Shown here piece after piece: positions 41,201 through 53,029 of a DNA stretch of 64,000 nt. Origin of the DNA: Phoronis australis (lineage: Eukaryota > Animalia > Phoronida); assembly GCA_002633005.1 (NCBI GenBank), contig NMRA01001041.1, forward strand, positions 1 to 64,000, given 5' to 3'. The translations under genes were made by a program, and so were the position numbers. The notes beneath the pieces were generated by a model that was not told the origin of the DNA, made no database searches, and saw nothing but the letters and a program-made list of their open reading frames with translations. Each line of letters begins with the position of its first letter. The stretch's first letter is position 1.

Positions 41201-41920
41201 TTACATATGGCCATGCTGCTAAATGTCACAACAAGAGCCGTGCCTGTGTTTCATCCAATCAGATGCTCACTGGCAATGTCAGCCCTGAAGTTTTGCACCT
41301 TCTGGTGTTACGGGGATGGCCAGGGGAGAGGAATAATGCACCAGCATATCCCTAGTGATCCTGTCTGTGACAGTTATTATAGGTATTATAGCAAATATTT
41401 TGACAGAAGATGAGTATATTGTATACGAAAAGGTACCTGTATAATGCATATAATGTTTATCTGTGTGGACTGTGTGGACTAGAATGTAAGGTGCTTGTTT
41501 TTTCAGGCGGACTTCATCATTGTGTGCGTGTCACCTCTCTACTACCAGGTGGTTCAGAGTCTAGACCGCGGTGCCGTTTACGAGCGTAGCATGCACGAGG
41601 GTTTCATCTACCGCCTGATGGAACAAGAGGTACAGCAGACTGTGTCGCGCTTCATCTGTCTGCTTCTGTGGGACACCTCAGCTGACCACATTCCGAGCCT
41701 TCTAAGGCGGCACGTGCCAGTTTACAGGTGGCCGACCCAACACAAAGACTTGCTGTTCAAGCTGATAAAACCGGAACAGATCTTGTATGGACGTTCTAAA
41801 CCGCTGAGCTCTGTCAGCAGCATTGTCTCTGATGATGAATCATCACGACAAGGGACAGTGACGATACCTAGTTCCAGTGGAGTACGTAACCCGGTGGTTG
41901 TACGTCGTGAGGTGTCTTAA
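29077..41920 (+). CDS. Death domain + SEFIR domain adaptor (Act1/CIKS/TRAF3IP2-like). CDS join(29077..29250,33401..33557,34243..35124,38277..38464,41507..41920), 604 aa
   Basis: All four introns are GT-AG with matching phases (0,1,1,0) and the joined 1815 nt is open. Exons 1-2 give a death domain (DWRGVADKLGY..IW|VLESR..NTKKLLKDY..SVGEMLKALSALERIDAYEVL). Exons 4-5 give SEFIR boxes (RIFITYAND..HLNRILSVVKNLRKNGFAVSCDMCE..WL..ADFIIVCVSPLYY..IYRLMEQE..RFICLL..HIPSLL..VYRWP). No TM segment is visible. Confidence 0.88.
30047..31717 (+). mobile_element. Shorter Kolobok-type copy in the first coding intron of the DEATH-SEFIR gene
   Basis: TTAA TSDs (30043-46, 31718-21); TIR AGGAGAATGCCACCCAA / TTGGGTGGCATGCTCCT; frameshifted THAP remnant. 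Confidence 0.85.
31757..32024. repeat. Minisatellite, 38-bp unit, about 7 copies
   Basis: TCAAATCTGCATCTCCTATTACAACATACAGCATTGTT repeated. Confidence 0.92.
33401..33557 (+). CDS. DEATH-SEFIR coding exon 2 (second half of death domain)
   Basis: cctttcag|GTG acceptor; G|gtgaga donor; phase 0 to 1. Confidence 0.85.
34243..35124 (+). CDS. DEATH-SEFIR coding exon 3 (Ser/Gln/Asn-rich linker)
   Basis: ctctttcag acceptor; G|gtcagt donor; 882 nt open in the frame of ORF 34287..35132; phase 1 to 1. Confidence 0.82.
35421..35801. repeat. Minisatellite, 38-39-bp unit, about 10 copies
   Basis: CTGACACTGGGATAATGTAGTACTCTCATTGTCTAGAA repeated. Confidence 0.92.
38277..38464 (+). CDS. DEATH-SEFIR coding exon 4 (N-terminal part of SEFIR)
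   Basis: attttag acceptor; GTG|gtgagt donor; RIFITYAND motif. Confidence 0.87.
39596..40660 (+). mobile_element. HINE copy 3 in the last intron; a more diverged relative precedes it at about 38690-39590
   Basis: Same 5' palindrome, core repeats and 3' GTGGGCGCATTTCAATGCTCCGCGTTGCTCTTG end. Confidence 0.75.
40880..41340 (+). pseudogene. RNase H fragment of a non-LTR retrotransposon
   Basis: VIWSFAPGHAGVLINEHADYLA matches the W.PGH.G..GNE.AD.LA RNase H motif; surrounding sequence is decayed. Confidence 0.7.
41507..41920 (+). CDS. DEATH-SEFIR coding exon 5 (C-terminal part of SEFIR, stop)
   Basis: tttttcag|GCG acceptor; ADFIIVCVSP...YRWP; TAA at 41918-41920. Confidence 0.87.
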   Translation, partial: ADFIIVCVSPLYYQVVQSLDRGAVYERSMHEGFIYRLMEQEVQQTVSRFICLLLWDTSADHIPSLLRRHVPVYRWPTQHKDLLFKLIKPEQILYGRSKPLSSVSSIVSDDESSRQGTVTIPSSSGVRNPVVVRREVS

Positions 41921-42684
41921 GAGATTTGGTAATGGTGCCATGCTGCACTGGTGCATCATGGGATAACGTAGAATTCATCTTTTCCGTGCAGTTATGGTAA
42001 TGTAGGACATTGTTGACAAGTTTGTGCTCTCTGCCAAATATCTACACAACCGTAGATTTTGACTTAAAAAAGTTTATATTTTTGAAAGTAGAAAGCATGC
42101 AGAATTTTATTTTACTTTATGTCAATGGGCAGTTTATTGGGTCAAATGATCATGTCTTTTTAGTAAAATTTAGCAAAGGAAAATCATACCAACCAACGAT
42201 ATCAATAATGTGACCAAATTTCAGTTGCTTCATAAATTCACAAAAGTCCCATTTTTTGATAGTCCTTATGTCAAAGTGGATCTGTTTATAATCATTTAGC
42301 GTTTTGGAGAACTGTGGAAGTTTCAGTGCAATCACGCATGTATCTGATCAGCAATTTCCGAGATGTGACATTCCGAATATTGCCAAATTTGGACATTTTT
42401 GTTTGATCCTGCATAACGTTAAGAAGTGTGTTTTGGCTTTTTACCGTGCGTGCTTGTTATTAACTGACTAATGATGTAGCATCCTGTTATTGTCAAAGGA
42501 AAGATTACTCTAAGTGTTGTGTGACCTGCTGTCAGCCCTGTATATTGAATAGAGATGTGTCTATTATTTTTGGTGTAGCGAAACTACAGTACTCCATTGC
42601 TGTGTAGCCACTATATATGAAGTGTACACCATTTCAGTTAAGTTCATTCATATTCACCTTGAACTACTGGTGTGCATGTCTTCC

Positions 42685-42690
42685 AATAAA
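42685..42690 (+). terminator. Candidate polyadenylation signal of the DEATH-SEFIR gene
   Basis: AATAAA about 770 nt after the stop codon; other AATAAA hexamers lie further downstream. Confidence 0.4.
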
Positions 42691-43538
42691 GAAATTCAAT
42701 ACTGTGACAGAACATGCTCTGCTTGACTAGTGTTTGTAAGCACAACCCAGTCCAACAGTAATGTCACGTATTAGCGCCGTCCATTTAATAAGTACCGGTC
42801 TGGAATAAGCACCAGGTAAAGCCAATTAAAACGGTATTGTGTGGCGTTCATTCAAGACTAATTGAAATTACCACTCTGATCACAATTCACTGTTTTACTG
42901 GATAATCTTGTGCTACTGTTAACTGAATGAAAGTCTACACAACCTGTGGAATGTAATGAATAGATCATTTCAAGTGTTGAAAATCATGAGCAACATAATG
43001 GTTGATTTAAAAAATTTATATAAGCATGAGAAGCCAGTTCCTCAATTGACTGGATGTGGTTGTCAAGTGAAACGGGCACTGTTCAAAACAATGTTTATTT
43101 ATGAAAACTGATCAAATATACCACGCAGTTGGTAACGACAACCAACAGAAAGTGAGCGCTGGGTCTGCAAAACTGAATAAGCACCTGGTTTTAAATGTGC
43201 ATTGGTTTGGAAAAAGTTCTGGGTCAAAAGATGTCTTCGAAAAAATATGCTCCCTGGCGCTAATGTGCAACACTGCAGTTGGTCTGCCATGATATGTAGC
43301 AGGTTGTTACAAATTTGAATTAATAACATTTGCAAGGATCTTTTCCTAAGATATAGGGGTGTAATTACTTCTTAAATCTTCATTCAGGATCTTATTAAGT
43401 CTGTAGTGTTGAATTGTTTTACCAAATTTTGCAACCGAAGAAGATATACTAGACCACACAATGACCTGACCCATATGCAATAAACATTCAGTTACCCAAC
43501 TGCATTAGCCAGAGTGTAATAATTTCACAGTCTCTCCA

Positions 43539-43880
43539 AGGGACTGTTGACAATCAAGTGTACAAACTACATTTTTGGGGGTTGGGTCTTGCAGCAAGCT
43601 ACACTTTTGATGTTATAAAAATTGCAATGTCAGATATTAAGAGAAGTCAACTTATAATACTTTTTCACACTGTAAAACCATGACATATCGCTGTATCTCC
43701 AGTATAGTCCTTAGACTGGTATTTAACTTAGAAGCACACTTGAAGTTTAACAGATACGGAAACGTAGACCGTGTGGAAATGCCACCATTTTTGTATTTTT
43801 TCCGGGGAGGAGGAATGGAGGTCTGGGAAAAGCGTTCGGTCCGTACGCTTCTGAAAATGTTAATTATGAATGGTTCCTAA
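43539..43880. mobile_element. Diverged Tourist/Harbinger-like MITE
   Basis: Imperfect TIR AAGGGACTGTTGACAAT / ATTATGAATGGTTCCTA. Confidence 0.35.
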
Positions 43881-45471
43881 GTTGATTTTGGTGCTGGAGA
43901 CGCATTTAATCACTGACTGTTCCTGTATGCTGCTGAGGAATGGTGCTTGTGTGTGTACAGGAGTTCAAGGGTTAACAAGTTTGTCTCCATGTGTTGATGG
44001 TGTCCCGATATCTGCTTGTTGTGAACAAAGTTTTTAAATGCTATGTTTAACCTCCGTCTTTGTTTTGTTAGGATGTTGGATCACCCAAGCGTTTTCCTCC
44101 TAAATCCATTCACTGTTCAGTACTCTAGAACTTGAAAATTATTGCAGAGGTAGCGAACTGCAAAAATGTCTTTATTAGCATTATTGTTTTGAACTTGGTG
44201 TATGTCCAGATGTGTCAAAATGTATTCATTGCATTTGTCAGTCTTGTACATGCCCATTTCAATGCATGGACTGTTTATTAACCTTGACATGTCTACAGAG
44301 AAATATTGGCACTTTGCAGGATTTGTCTGCAGACCTATTTTGCCTTTAAAAGTGAGACACATGGGGTCTCATTTAAGGGCCCTAGAAAGGCGCTTCTACC
44401 AAAATCCAACTTCAGATTTAAGCTTCTTGCTGCAGTTGTAAAATCAGCTTCATTATTCTGCAGATTATAAATATGTTGCCTTGTTATCAAGTCACTTTTT
44501 ATATGTACACAGGCTATTGGTCGCATTTCTTATCCTATTGACATGAAATTTACACGTTATGTTCGTCCCAAATCTTTTGGTTGAAAATGGGATGCAAGAT
44601 GGCATAGTGGCAGACATTTTTATTTTATGGTTTACGGTGAATTCACTGTCTCTGGAGAATGTTTCTGAAATTTGGCATGTGGATAGATGTCAAGAGCTAT
44701 TGAAAGCGGGCCATCCATTGTTCTCAAATTATTCAACATTTAATTGATTTCTATTCGTACCTTATCTTTAGCATCTCTTGATTTATTTTTCTGAAATTCT
44801 GCATGTGTATCAGTCTCATCAAGTGAAGTTGGTGGTCGTGGTAAGTTAGTTTCAGCTGTTGAAGCAATCTGGCATTCATTGGCAGATAACCAATTTCATT
44901 TCTAAGAATAAATACGAATACAATAATTATTTTGCTTTAGCAGAGCAAATACTTGTATGAATTGATTGTTTTTTATGTCAGAACCAAAGCATTATGGTAA
45001 TTGTCCATTTAATTCATAAAAAATAATTACCAAAATGGTCATTTGTCAAAGGTGGATTACCGTTCTGCAGATAATGGGAACTTCAGAAAATTTTACTTTA
45101 TGACTTCCTTCATGCTATGTACAATTCATGCTTATGTTTTAGACTAAAATGTTCTTTATCTTCACTTTTGTGGAGAAATTTAACGAAGTGGAACTTGTCT
45201 GCCATATTGTGTGCTAAATAAGTGATATATTGCCATAATCCAATGAATACAATGCAGTTACAAGGCACCATGGTGGTGTTGCTAATTATTTCATCTGTGT
45301 GTTGTTGTACAAGAATTGTAGTAGTGTTAAATGGTGTGTTGTGAACCACTGACTATTCACATTGCTATTAGTTGGTGTCCTGAACGATTGACTATTCACA
45401 ATGCTATTGGTAGGTGTTGTTTTCATTAAGGTAACATTTGAAAGTGCTTATTGAATGTACATAATCCGTCC

Positions 45472-45548
45472 CTATGTATGCCCACTCCTGGGTGCACCTT
45501 ATGTATGCCCACTCCTGGGTGCACCATGTGTATGCCCACTCCGGGCTG
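45472..45548. repeat. Short tandem repeat, about 27-bp unit, 3 copies
   Basis: TATGTATGCCCACTCCTGGGTGCACC repeated. Confidence 0.85.
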
Positions 45549-46433
45549 CAAGTCCACCTAAAACTTTTCATTATTCTTGCATACTACGGGAATTCTCCAC
45601 TTTTTTGCACAAAATGAATTGAACACATTTTCATGGTAGTCAACAGATTTCGTCATAGCTGACTTGTCTGCCAAATTAACTGAGTAACCAAGCATTGCCA
45701 GCTGTCTGTGTGCTGCTTTATGACACAATACGGCCTATAGGTTGCCAGCGTGGTCTAATTAATAGTAATTGTGTTACTTTAAGCTGCTACAATCTCTTGT
45801 GAAACATTCTTTTGAGCATGTGATTTTTAGTGACATGACTCATCCACTTTCACCTTGTGTTTGTAACAGCATGAAATGTCCTATATGAATGGATGAATTT
45901 TAAAAGTGCCAAATATACAATGTTCGAAACTTGTTTTTCAATACAGATAAGGAGGTTTGTATTACTAGAATTAATGATGAGGCTTCCTTCCTGATATTTC
46001 TGAAGTGCAAATTAGGTGATGCAGGAAATTCCCACCGAGGAGTGTCATGTGAAGGCAGTGGGGAACAAAATATTACTTTTACAAGTAATTTTGAGCGTGC
46101 TAAGTTATTGGCAATTACTGTGACTGCAGTATCGGCCCATTTTCCTCGGGTACAAGCCCACTTCTCGAACTTCTTTGTTCACATCAAATGAAATCGACTT
46201 TTCCCGTTCACAGCCGGTCAGGAGGGCCAGCAGGGCAAAGCTGACAGAAAACACTCCATTGCTGTTTGCATTAATCTCCAGCATATGTTAAGCAAAATAC
46301 AATTCATGTTCTTGGTCATTGTTAAGGTTCATGTGGAAGCCCTTGGAGTCACAAATTTCAGATACAAGACTACCGTGTATAAGCAAGCCTCATAATCCCC
46401 AACCTTTTTTGCACTCTAAGTACTTGTGTATGT

Positions 46434-46590
46434 TACTTCACAGCTGTGTCTGGTTGTAACCTATGAGGCTACTTCACAGCTGTGTCTGGTTGTAACCTAT
46501 GAGGCTACTTCACTGCTGTGTCTGGTTGTAACCTATGAGGCTACTTCACTGCTGTGTCTGGTCGTAACCTGTCATGAGGCCACTTCACTG
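46434..46590. repeat. Minisatellite, 36-bp unit, about 4 copies
   Basis: TACTTCACAGCTGTGTCTGGTTGTAACCTATGAGGC repeated. Confidence 0.9.
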
Positions 46591-47253
46591 GCAACATCTT
46601 AAAGCCACATGACCAAGTAACATGAGAAAAAAAGGATTTATTACATAACTACATTTTGACTAGTCTTTGTTTTGAATGCACTTTAACTAGAGAATGCCAT
46701 AGCCAGTATGACAAGACACTTTGTTATCATACAAACTTTGAACTTGTATAACCATTTACCTTATTGCTACACATTTTTGTGGGAAAAATCAAAAGTAAAA
46801 TTCCATTTGTCTGCTGTATCATGTACTCCTGAATTAGCGAGATTCTACCCACTTATTTTGTAAAATTTACTTTTGAATTTTGACATTTTCAAGGACTAGA
46901 TCTTGTCTTGTTTTTGAGTCTTTAAATAAAAACTTGTTTTAAAGTGTTTTCTTAATTGGAAATGTATTAAGATACTAATTTAACACCTGCCTAAGAAAGA
47001 GAACTAACTTTGTGCGAATTTTGTGCAATACAAATGTATAATTGTCATTGCATACACTTTTACTATTTCAACAAATTGTGCAGAAACACTAGACGTGTGG
47101 TTTTAAGTATAGGATTTGTAAAAAGAGGTGGTCAACTGTGCGACTTGCCTTTTAAATTTTCAATTTTTAATAAATTGTTGAGGTCTGTCTTGCCCTCTAT
47201 AAGTTGTGGGAAGTGGAGGTTGTGTTCTGTGAAACCATGCACCGGCAATTATG

Positions 47254-47478
47254 TGGTAATCCTCCACTTATTCTGTACAAAATACTTGCCAAAATGATGG
47301 TAATCTTCCACTTATTTTGTACAAAATACTTGCCAAAATGATGGTAATCTTCCACTTATTCTGTACAAAATACTTGCCAAAATGATGGTAATCTTCCACT
47401 TATTCTGTACAAAATACTTGCCAAAATGATGGTAATCTTCCACTTATTCTGTACAAAATACTTGCCAAAATGATGGTT
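47254..47478. repeat. Minisatellite, 44-bp unit, about 5 copies
   Basis: TGGTAATCTTCCACTTATTCTGTACAAAATACTTGCCAAAATGA repeated. Confidence 0.92.
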
Positions 47479-49274
47479 TTTCCATTCTTCAATGGCTGAT
47501 TGCCTTTTTGCAAGTTTTTTGTGACATCTACACATTGCAAATATGCTTGTAATGAACGTTTTTGAATCTTTGCAGAAATGTAACATAGAACTTGACTGGT
47601 CGGCCATCAGGTGTGTTACATAAGGAATTACCACATGCTACTGTTGTGAGCCTTTTAAATCTGTTGTTGAATGCTGTACCGGAAGCTGCATTATTCCCCG
47701 TTTGGTTGGCCTTTTACTCTTGGGGCTGTTCCAGTAAAATCCGTGTGAGGGGGGGGACGGCAGTAGAAATAAAAATTCATGGGTGGTGGTCTTCAGAAAA
47801 AAACTCAAATATAGGTGGTAGTTCCTGTAAGCAGTGATGCATTAATAATGGGTGGTATTTTTTGACCTGTTCCAATGTTGACTGGTTGGTTACTTCAGCC
47901 GTCAAAACTCTATCTTAACTTATCCCAATACAAAAAGCCCATATTGCCAGTTAACAGAGTGCAATATGTTCACTAAGCCATTAATCAAGTCATGGGCAAC
48001 TTGATTTGAGCCAACTGTTTGTCTGCAGTCCTATTGAATTGAAAAATTATGCAACACTAAACTGGTATTAACACATATAAGAAAATTGATTTTTAAATAA
48101 AAAGTATGAGGAGTAAGATAAACAAGTTCCAATATTCACTTGACATAGAAGTATAAAAGAGTCTGTGGAGACAGTTTGAGATTCATAGACCCTTATAATT
48201 GAAAAAATGTTCATTGAAATTAGACACATGGTGAACAGAGACACCTGGTGGCTGCCAGAAGTATTGCTCACAGGCTACTTTAGTTTTTGACAATATTGGA
48301 CAAGACAAGTAGTTCTTGTCTGTCAATCATCTAAGTTCTTAACAGGTCCTCCTGGAGGCAATTTGCTTGCAAGTGTTGGATTTTATATTTTAACCTATTA
48401 AAAATAATTAAAAAATTATGGGTCATGGGTTGGCGAAATAAATGAAAAATATGGGCGGTGGGTACAAAATAAAAGTGCCCCCCCCTCCCATACCATGATA
48501 GGATTCCATTGCCAACAAGAACATCAAAACCTTAAGCACCTCAACAAAACACTTGCTGTTTTAACTTGCATCCTAATTTTACATGTAAGGAATGGGACAA
48601 GCACATTCCAGTTTGAAATAAGCGCAAGTTGGATGCTCATTTGGATGCAATGAAGTCTGTAATGTGTCCTAGAAGTTCAATGACCATATTTAAATTATTT
48701 ATATTCAATGATCAGCTTGTCAATTTATACTAATATCCTGTTTTACCGAGTGATGTTCAGTTCATACACAAGATGTGCGACAGCCTTCTAGTTCAAGCGA
48801 ACATTACAGCATATTCCAATATGCATGTCTTAAACAAAAATAGTTTTTTCCTTGAATTCCAGAACGATCTCCAGTTTGGAGTTGGCAATTTTGGGTCGAC
48901 TGATCTAGCAGTACGAGGGTCTTTTAAAAAATCTCACGACGGACATAACACCCATCCAGCAACAGCCACGTCACATTCAAAATTTATCTGCACTAATTTT
49001 TCAATGTTACACAATATATTTACTTGGTGAATTGAATTTTTTTTTCGAATTGAATTTTTTCTTTGTGATAAAATTTGTTTGTGCAAAATAGAATTTATAT
49101 TGATAAACAGTGAAATTAATACTCTCGACATAGCAAACCTTGCCTTCGCGGTCTTACTGTGATGGACACCTGTCATACTGTAAGTACTCAGCTTTTGTGC
49201 ACGGAGCGCAAGTAATCCAAAATGTATATTCAAATAAATACATGTACCAGCAAAAAACAATACAAGAGTTCATG

Positions 49275-49280
49275 TTTATT
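49275..49280 (-). terminator. Candidate polyadenylation signal of ATP synthase subunit g
   Basis: AATAAA on the minus strand about 350 nt after the stop codon. Confidence 0.5.
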
Positions 49281-49487
49281 TTTCTTCACCAGGCATTATG
49301 AATAACAACTGGCAATCACATCTAAATATTCACGTAGACATGCACTTTGTGTAACGTGCTTTGTACAGAGTTCCCGTTAAATTAAAAACATCACGCACGA
49401 TCCAACTTCAATCTGATGAAATCACTCTGAACACTTTCACGCAGCTTCAGGGATAAAAACTCCTTTCTGCCTTCTAGTCTTCCTATG

Positions 49488-49592
49488 GCTAATAGTCACG
49501 GGGTCTCATGTTTTGAGAACCAGTTTTCTCCACTGAATAACAGGTATCAAACTGGTTCCCAAAATTTGTGACCTGAGTAAGCGACTATTAGC
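49488..49592. mobile_element. 105-bp hairpin MITE in the predicted ATP5MG 3' UTR
   Basis: TIR GCTAATAGTC / GACTATTAGC with extended internal pairing; 8-bp TSD TTCCTATG. Confidence 0.8.
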
Positions 49593-49631
49593 TTCCTATG
49601 TGTAGAGTCCTAACTATGCCTGCGAGTATCA

Positions 49632-50957
49632 TCAATGTTCCTCTGCCACCCAAGCACCTGGTATATTGTATCCAATCAGGCTACCTTTTCCTACACATTC
49701 ACCCACAAAGAACCATAGAGCAATCTCCCCAGCAACCAATGTATTAATCCACGCTTCCTGTAAACGAAAATGAGACATCTAAAATCTATCCATCTTTCTT
49801 CAACATCAAATAACAGCGAATTTTTGAGAACAATATTTAGAACTTAAAACGACTATAACCCCGCATTCCATCCAAGAAGAAAATTCTAATTGAGACCATT
49901 TACCCCCTTTAAAATCGGTCTCCACTTGTTCCTTTCTCAGGTAAGAAGTGATTTCTGGATTTGCAGGGAATAACAGTTTATAATTCCTTGAGATCCAGCT
50001 TGGTGCATAAAGAGACATCACATGGTCAACTTGTACAGCCTGGACTCAACCAATAACAAATGATCAGTTCTTTTTAAGCCCTGAAACCACATCCTATTAG
50101 ACCAAGGAACTACTTGAAACCAATTTCATCACAGTATGTGGTCTCAACCAAAAGTTGCTTTTATGATAGAAGTCGGATTTCTAGCCCCTGTCAAACATGC
50201 AACAATTACAGTTTATCCTTCCGCTCAAGCCCCGAAATCAATTGTGACAGAACAAACTATGAACTATTTTAAAGCAAGTGGTCCAGTTTAAAAGTTTGTG
50301 TTTTGGATATCGAAAATCGCTTTTAAAAATACAAAAACCTCCCAAAAGTCTGACTGACAGTATGAACATTAAACTTTCAAGAGAATATTTAAGGACGCAC
50401 TTATACCCGACTGAAGCGTTCTGACACGTACGACACTCCCAGTATTGTTTAACAAATATCTAAACATACAACTTAAATGAAAAGTCAAAACACAACATTA
50501 ATAAGCAGCAAATCAGTGTTGCGTGAACTTAAATTGAGGTATCACACACTTTAATTGAGGTATCACACACTTTAATTGAGGTATCACACACTTAAATTGA
50601 GGTATCACACACTTAAATTGAAGTATCACACACTTTAATTGAGGTATCACACACTTTAATTGAGGTATCACACACTTAAATTGAGGTATCGCACACTTAA
50701 ATTGAGGTATCGCACACTTAAATTGAGGTATCACACACTTTAATTGAGGTATCACACACTTTAATTGAGGTATCACACACTTTAATTGCGTCTAACCTTA
50801 ACAGTGACATTTCTCCACCGGCCAGCCCGTGCTCCAGCAATCAGGTTGTTGAATCCTTGGCTAACTTGACCAAATTCAGAAGGAGACGGCGGCATCATCT
50901 CTACACGGGCATACCGCCAGAAAGTGGCCAATCGGGGCTTTGAAAAGGCCACGACGG
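49632..50957 (-). CDS. ATP5MG: Mitochondrial ATP synthase subunit g, last two coding exons: complement(join(49632..49757,50797..50957)). First exon not located
   Basis: Spliced translation AVVAFSKPRLATFWRYARVEMMPPSPSEFGQVSQGFNNLIAGARAGRWRNVTVK|EAWINTLVAGEIALWFFVGECVGKGSLIGYNIPGAWVAEEH* matches the subunit g signature (KPRL.TFW.YA.VE..PP...TVKEA.....E...WF.VGE..G...IGY). Splice sites are canonical: ttgcag, AAG|gttaga, ttacag. Confidence 0.93.
50527..50788. repeat. Minisatellite, 21-bp unit, about 12 copies, next to an ATP5MG donor site
   Basis: TT(A/T)AATTGAGGTATCACACAC repeated. Confidence 0.93.
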
Positions 50958-51432
50958 CTGCAACAGAAAAACACATACATGACGACACGCGCTCATTATC
51001 TCTGCTTTTAGCCAACAGAACTCCCTCTGGCATTTTCATTTTCTGTTGCAGAAATTCAATCTTAAAATGGAAAACCACAAAAGAAACAACATTTCTCACG
51101 TTTAAATTTGGTTCCATTAGTATGTAACATATTGTTCAGTAGGACCATTTATCTAGTACGGATAAAACAAACCAAACACGGCATTTACCTACAATTTTAT
51201 ATCTAATTAAAATTATTCGAAGTAGTGACTTTTGACCGTCATATTCGTAAATGGGCTATAGGCTCAATGACCACAGCCCAAACAAAAACAAGGCCGACAA
51301 TCAAGGGACAATTATATCGATCCAGCGAAGTATTGAAATGTCTAGTAAATGGGAGATTCGCTTCATGACTCAGCAGTAAGGCATACATGCATGAGTCAAC
51401 TAATGTCTAGCGTCTGTGAGGGAGCATTGTTC

Positions 51433-51599
51433 ACTATGCTGGTTAATTTCATCTCACATTTCATCACATCAAAACTATGCTGGTTAATTTCATCTCACAT
51501 TTCATCACATCAAAACTATGCTGGTTAATTTCATCTCACATTTCATCACATCAAAACTATGCTGGTTAATTTCATCTCACATTTCATCACATCAAAACT
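51433..51599. repeat. Minisatellite, 41-bp unit, 4 copies
   Basis: ACTATGCTGGTTAATTTCATCTCACATTTCATCACATCAAA repeated. Confidence 0.92.
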
Positions 51600-52629
51600 T
51601 GGCCATACTCCAATGCCCATCACATTTGTTGCAGTAATTTCTTTTTCCTTCATGAAGCCAAGTCAATATAATGAAGGCAATACATCAATTAGTTAACAAA
51701 GTAATGGCCTTTTGACATGCACTGCACGTCACCCAAAAGTGAACAATAATTAGGGCCCATGCTCACCTGAGGCTCTCAGGTGAAGGCCACCTTGTGGTTT
51801 TTTCATGGGCAAGACTATGTAATGGGGGTGTCCAAAAATGAACCAAGGACTCTGACCGGTTTTCTTACTTTAAATCACCCCTGAACTAATAAACCTATAC
51901 ATAGCCCATTCTCCACATGGAGGATGTACCACATGGCTGAAGGGCTGACTACTGCAGTTAATAAAACCTTAGATGATACAGAGAATTTGTGCAAGTTGAA
52001 ACTAATTCTAAATTCAAGGGGAGCTACTGATCATTAGATCTCATGTCATTTTTAAACGTTGTGACGTACACAGTGAAATTATGACCAAGAGCAGTCAGCT
52101 CTCACTTGAAATATATCAAAAGTAGGTGGTGGGCACTTGTGGCACATTTTTGGAACACTAATTGAGTGTTGCCAACTTCAGGCTTGCAATATCTGCAATG
52201 ACTTCATTTCCATTTGAGACAATGTAGAAATATTCCTACATTGCACAGATTCCTACATAATTCGGAACAGAGCTGAACCTTAATTTCTTTGGAGGCTTGA
52301 CTGAATAGTATTTCAGCAATAGTCACTTACAGGGGTAAGAACCACTCTGACGCCTGTTAGTGTAATTTGTTGGAAAAAAAGCAACATCCACAGGCGATGT
52401 AACTGCCTAGAATTCGTTAGGCAACATATAGTCCTTCGGCTGGCTCTACAGGGGCTACAACACTCCTCATTGGTCTCTGTGTTAATTTCGTCCCATTTAT
52501 TTTTAACGAGCGGTAGGCCAAATACGCTCACTGAATGAGAGGTTTTCTCATTTCACCTTATCAAAAATACATTTTACACTAAAAATTGTCACTTAAAAAT
52601 GCACTTATTTTTTCAACTATCATTTCTGG

Positions 52630-52765
52630 GTCTACACATATGGTTCAACACGTATGGTTCTACACGTATGGTTCAACACATATGGTTCTACACGTATGGT
52701 TCAACACGTATGGTTCAACACGTATGGTTCTACACGTATGGTTCTACACGTATGGTTCTACACAT
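52630..52765. repeat. Minisatellite, 14-bp unit, about 9 copies
   Basis: TGGTTC(A/T)ACACGTA repeated. Confidence 0.9.
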
Positions 52766-52834
52766 CCTCAATGAAGCATATCTACAGGAATTCAGATGAC
52801 TTTGGTGAAGAGTTCCAACTTCCACTTTTTGGTT

Positions 52835-53002
52835 GTCATGCACCTTTCATCACATCCATGAATGGAACATATGTGCCAAATTACATGAAAGTATGTCAAA
52901 GGGTTTTGGAGATAAAGCAGCAGACACCGGACGTCGGACAGACGCCGCCCGGACGGAGATGACGGCATAACGCGTTCACATATAAATATGTGGGCGCATA
53001 AA
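52835..53002 (-). mobile_element. HINE 5' fragment
   Basis: Reverse complement of about 9451-9620. Confidence 0.75.
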
Positions 53003-53029
53003 AATGAAATTTGCATAACAAATGTATTC

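Noticed and set aside
38277-41920. MyD88 (Death-TIR)
   Set aside because: The motif pattern (FITY, H...V..L..NG...D, IIVCVSP.Y, Y.WP) fits SEFIR better than TIR, and the linker is far longer than in MyD88.
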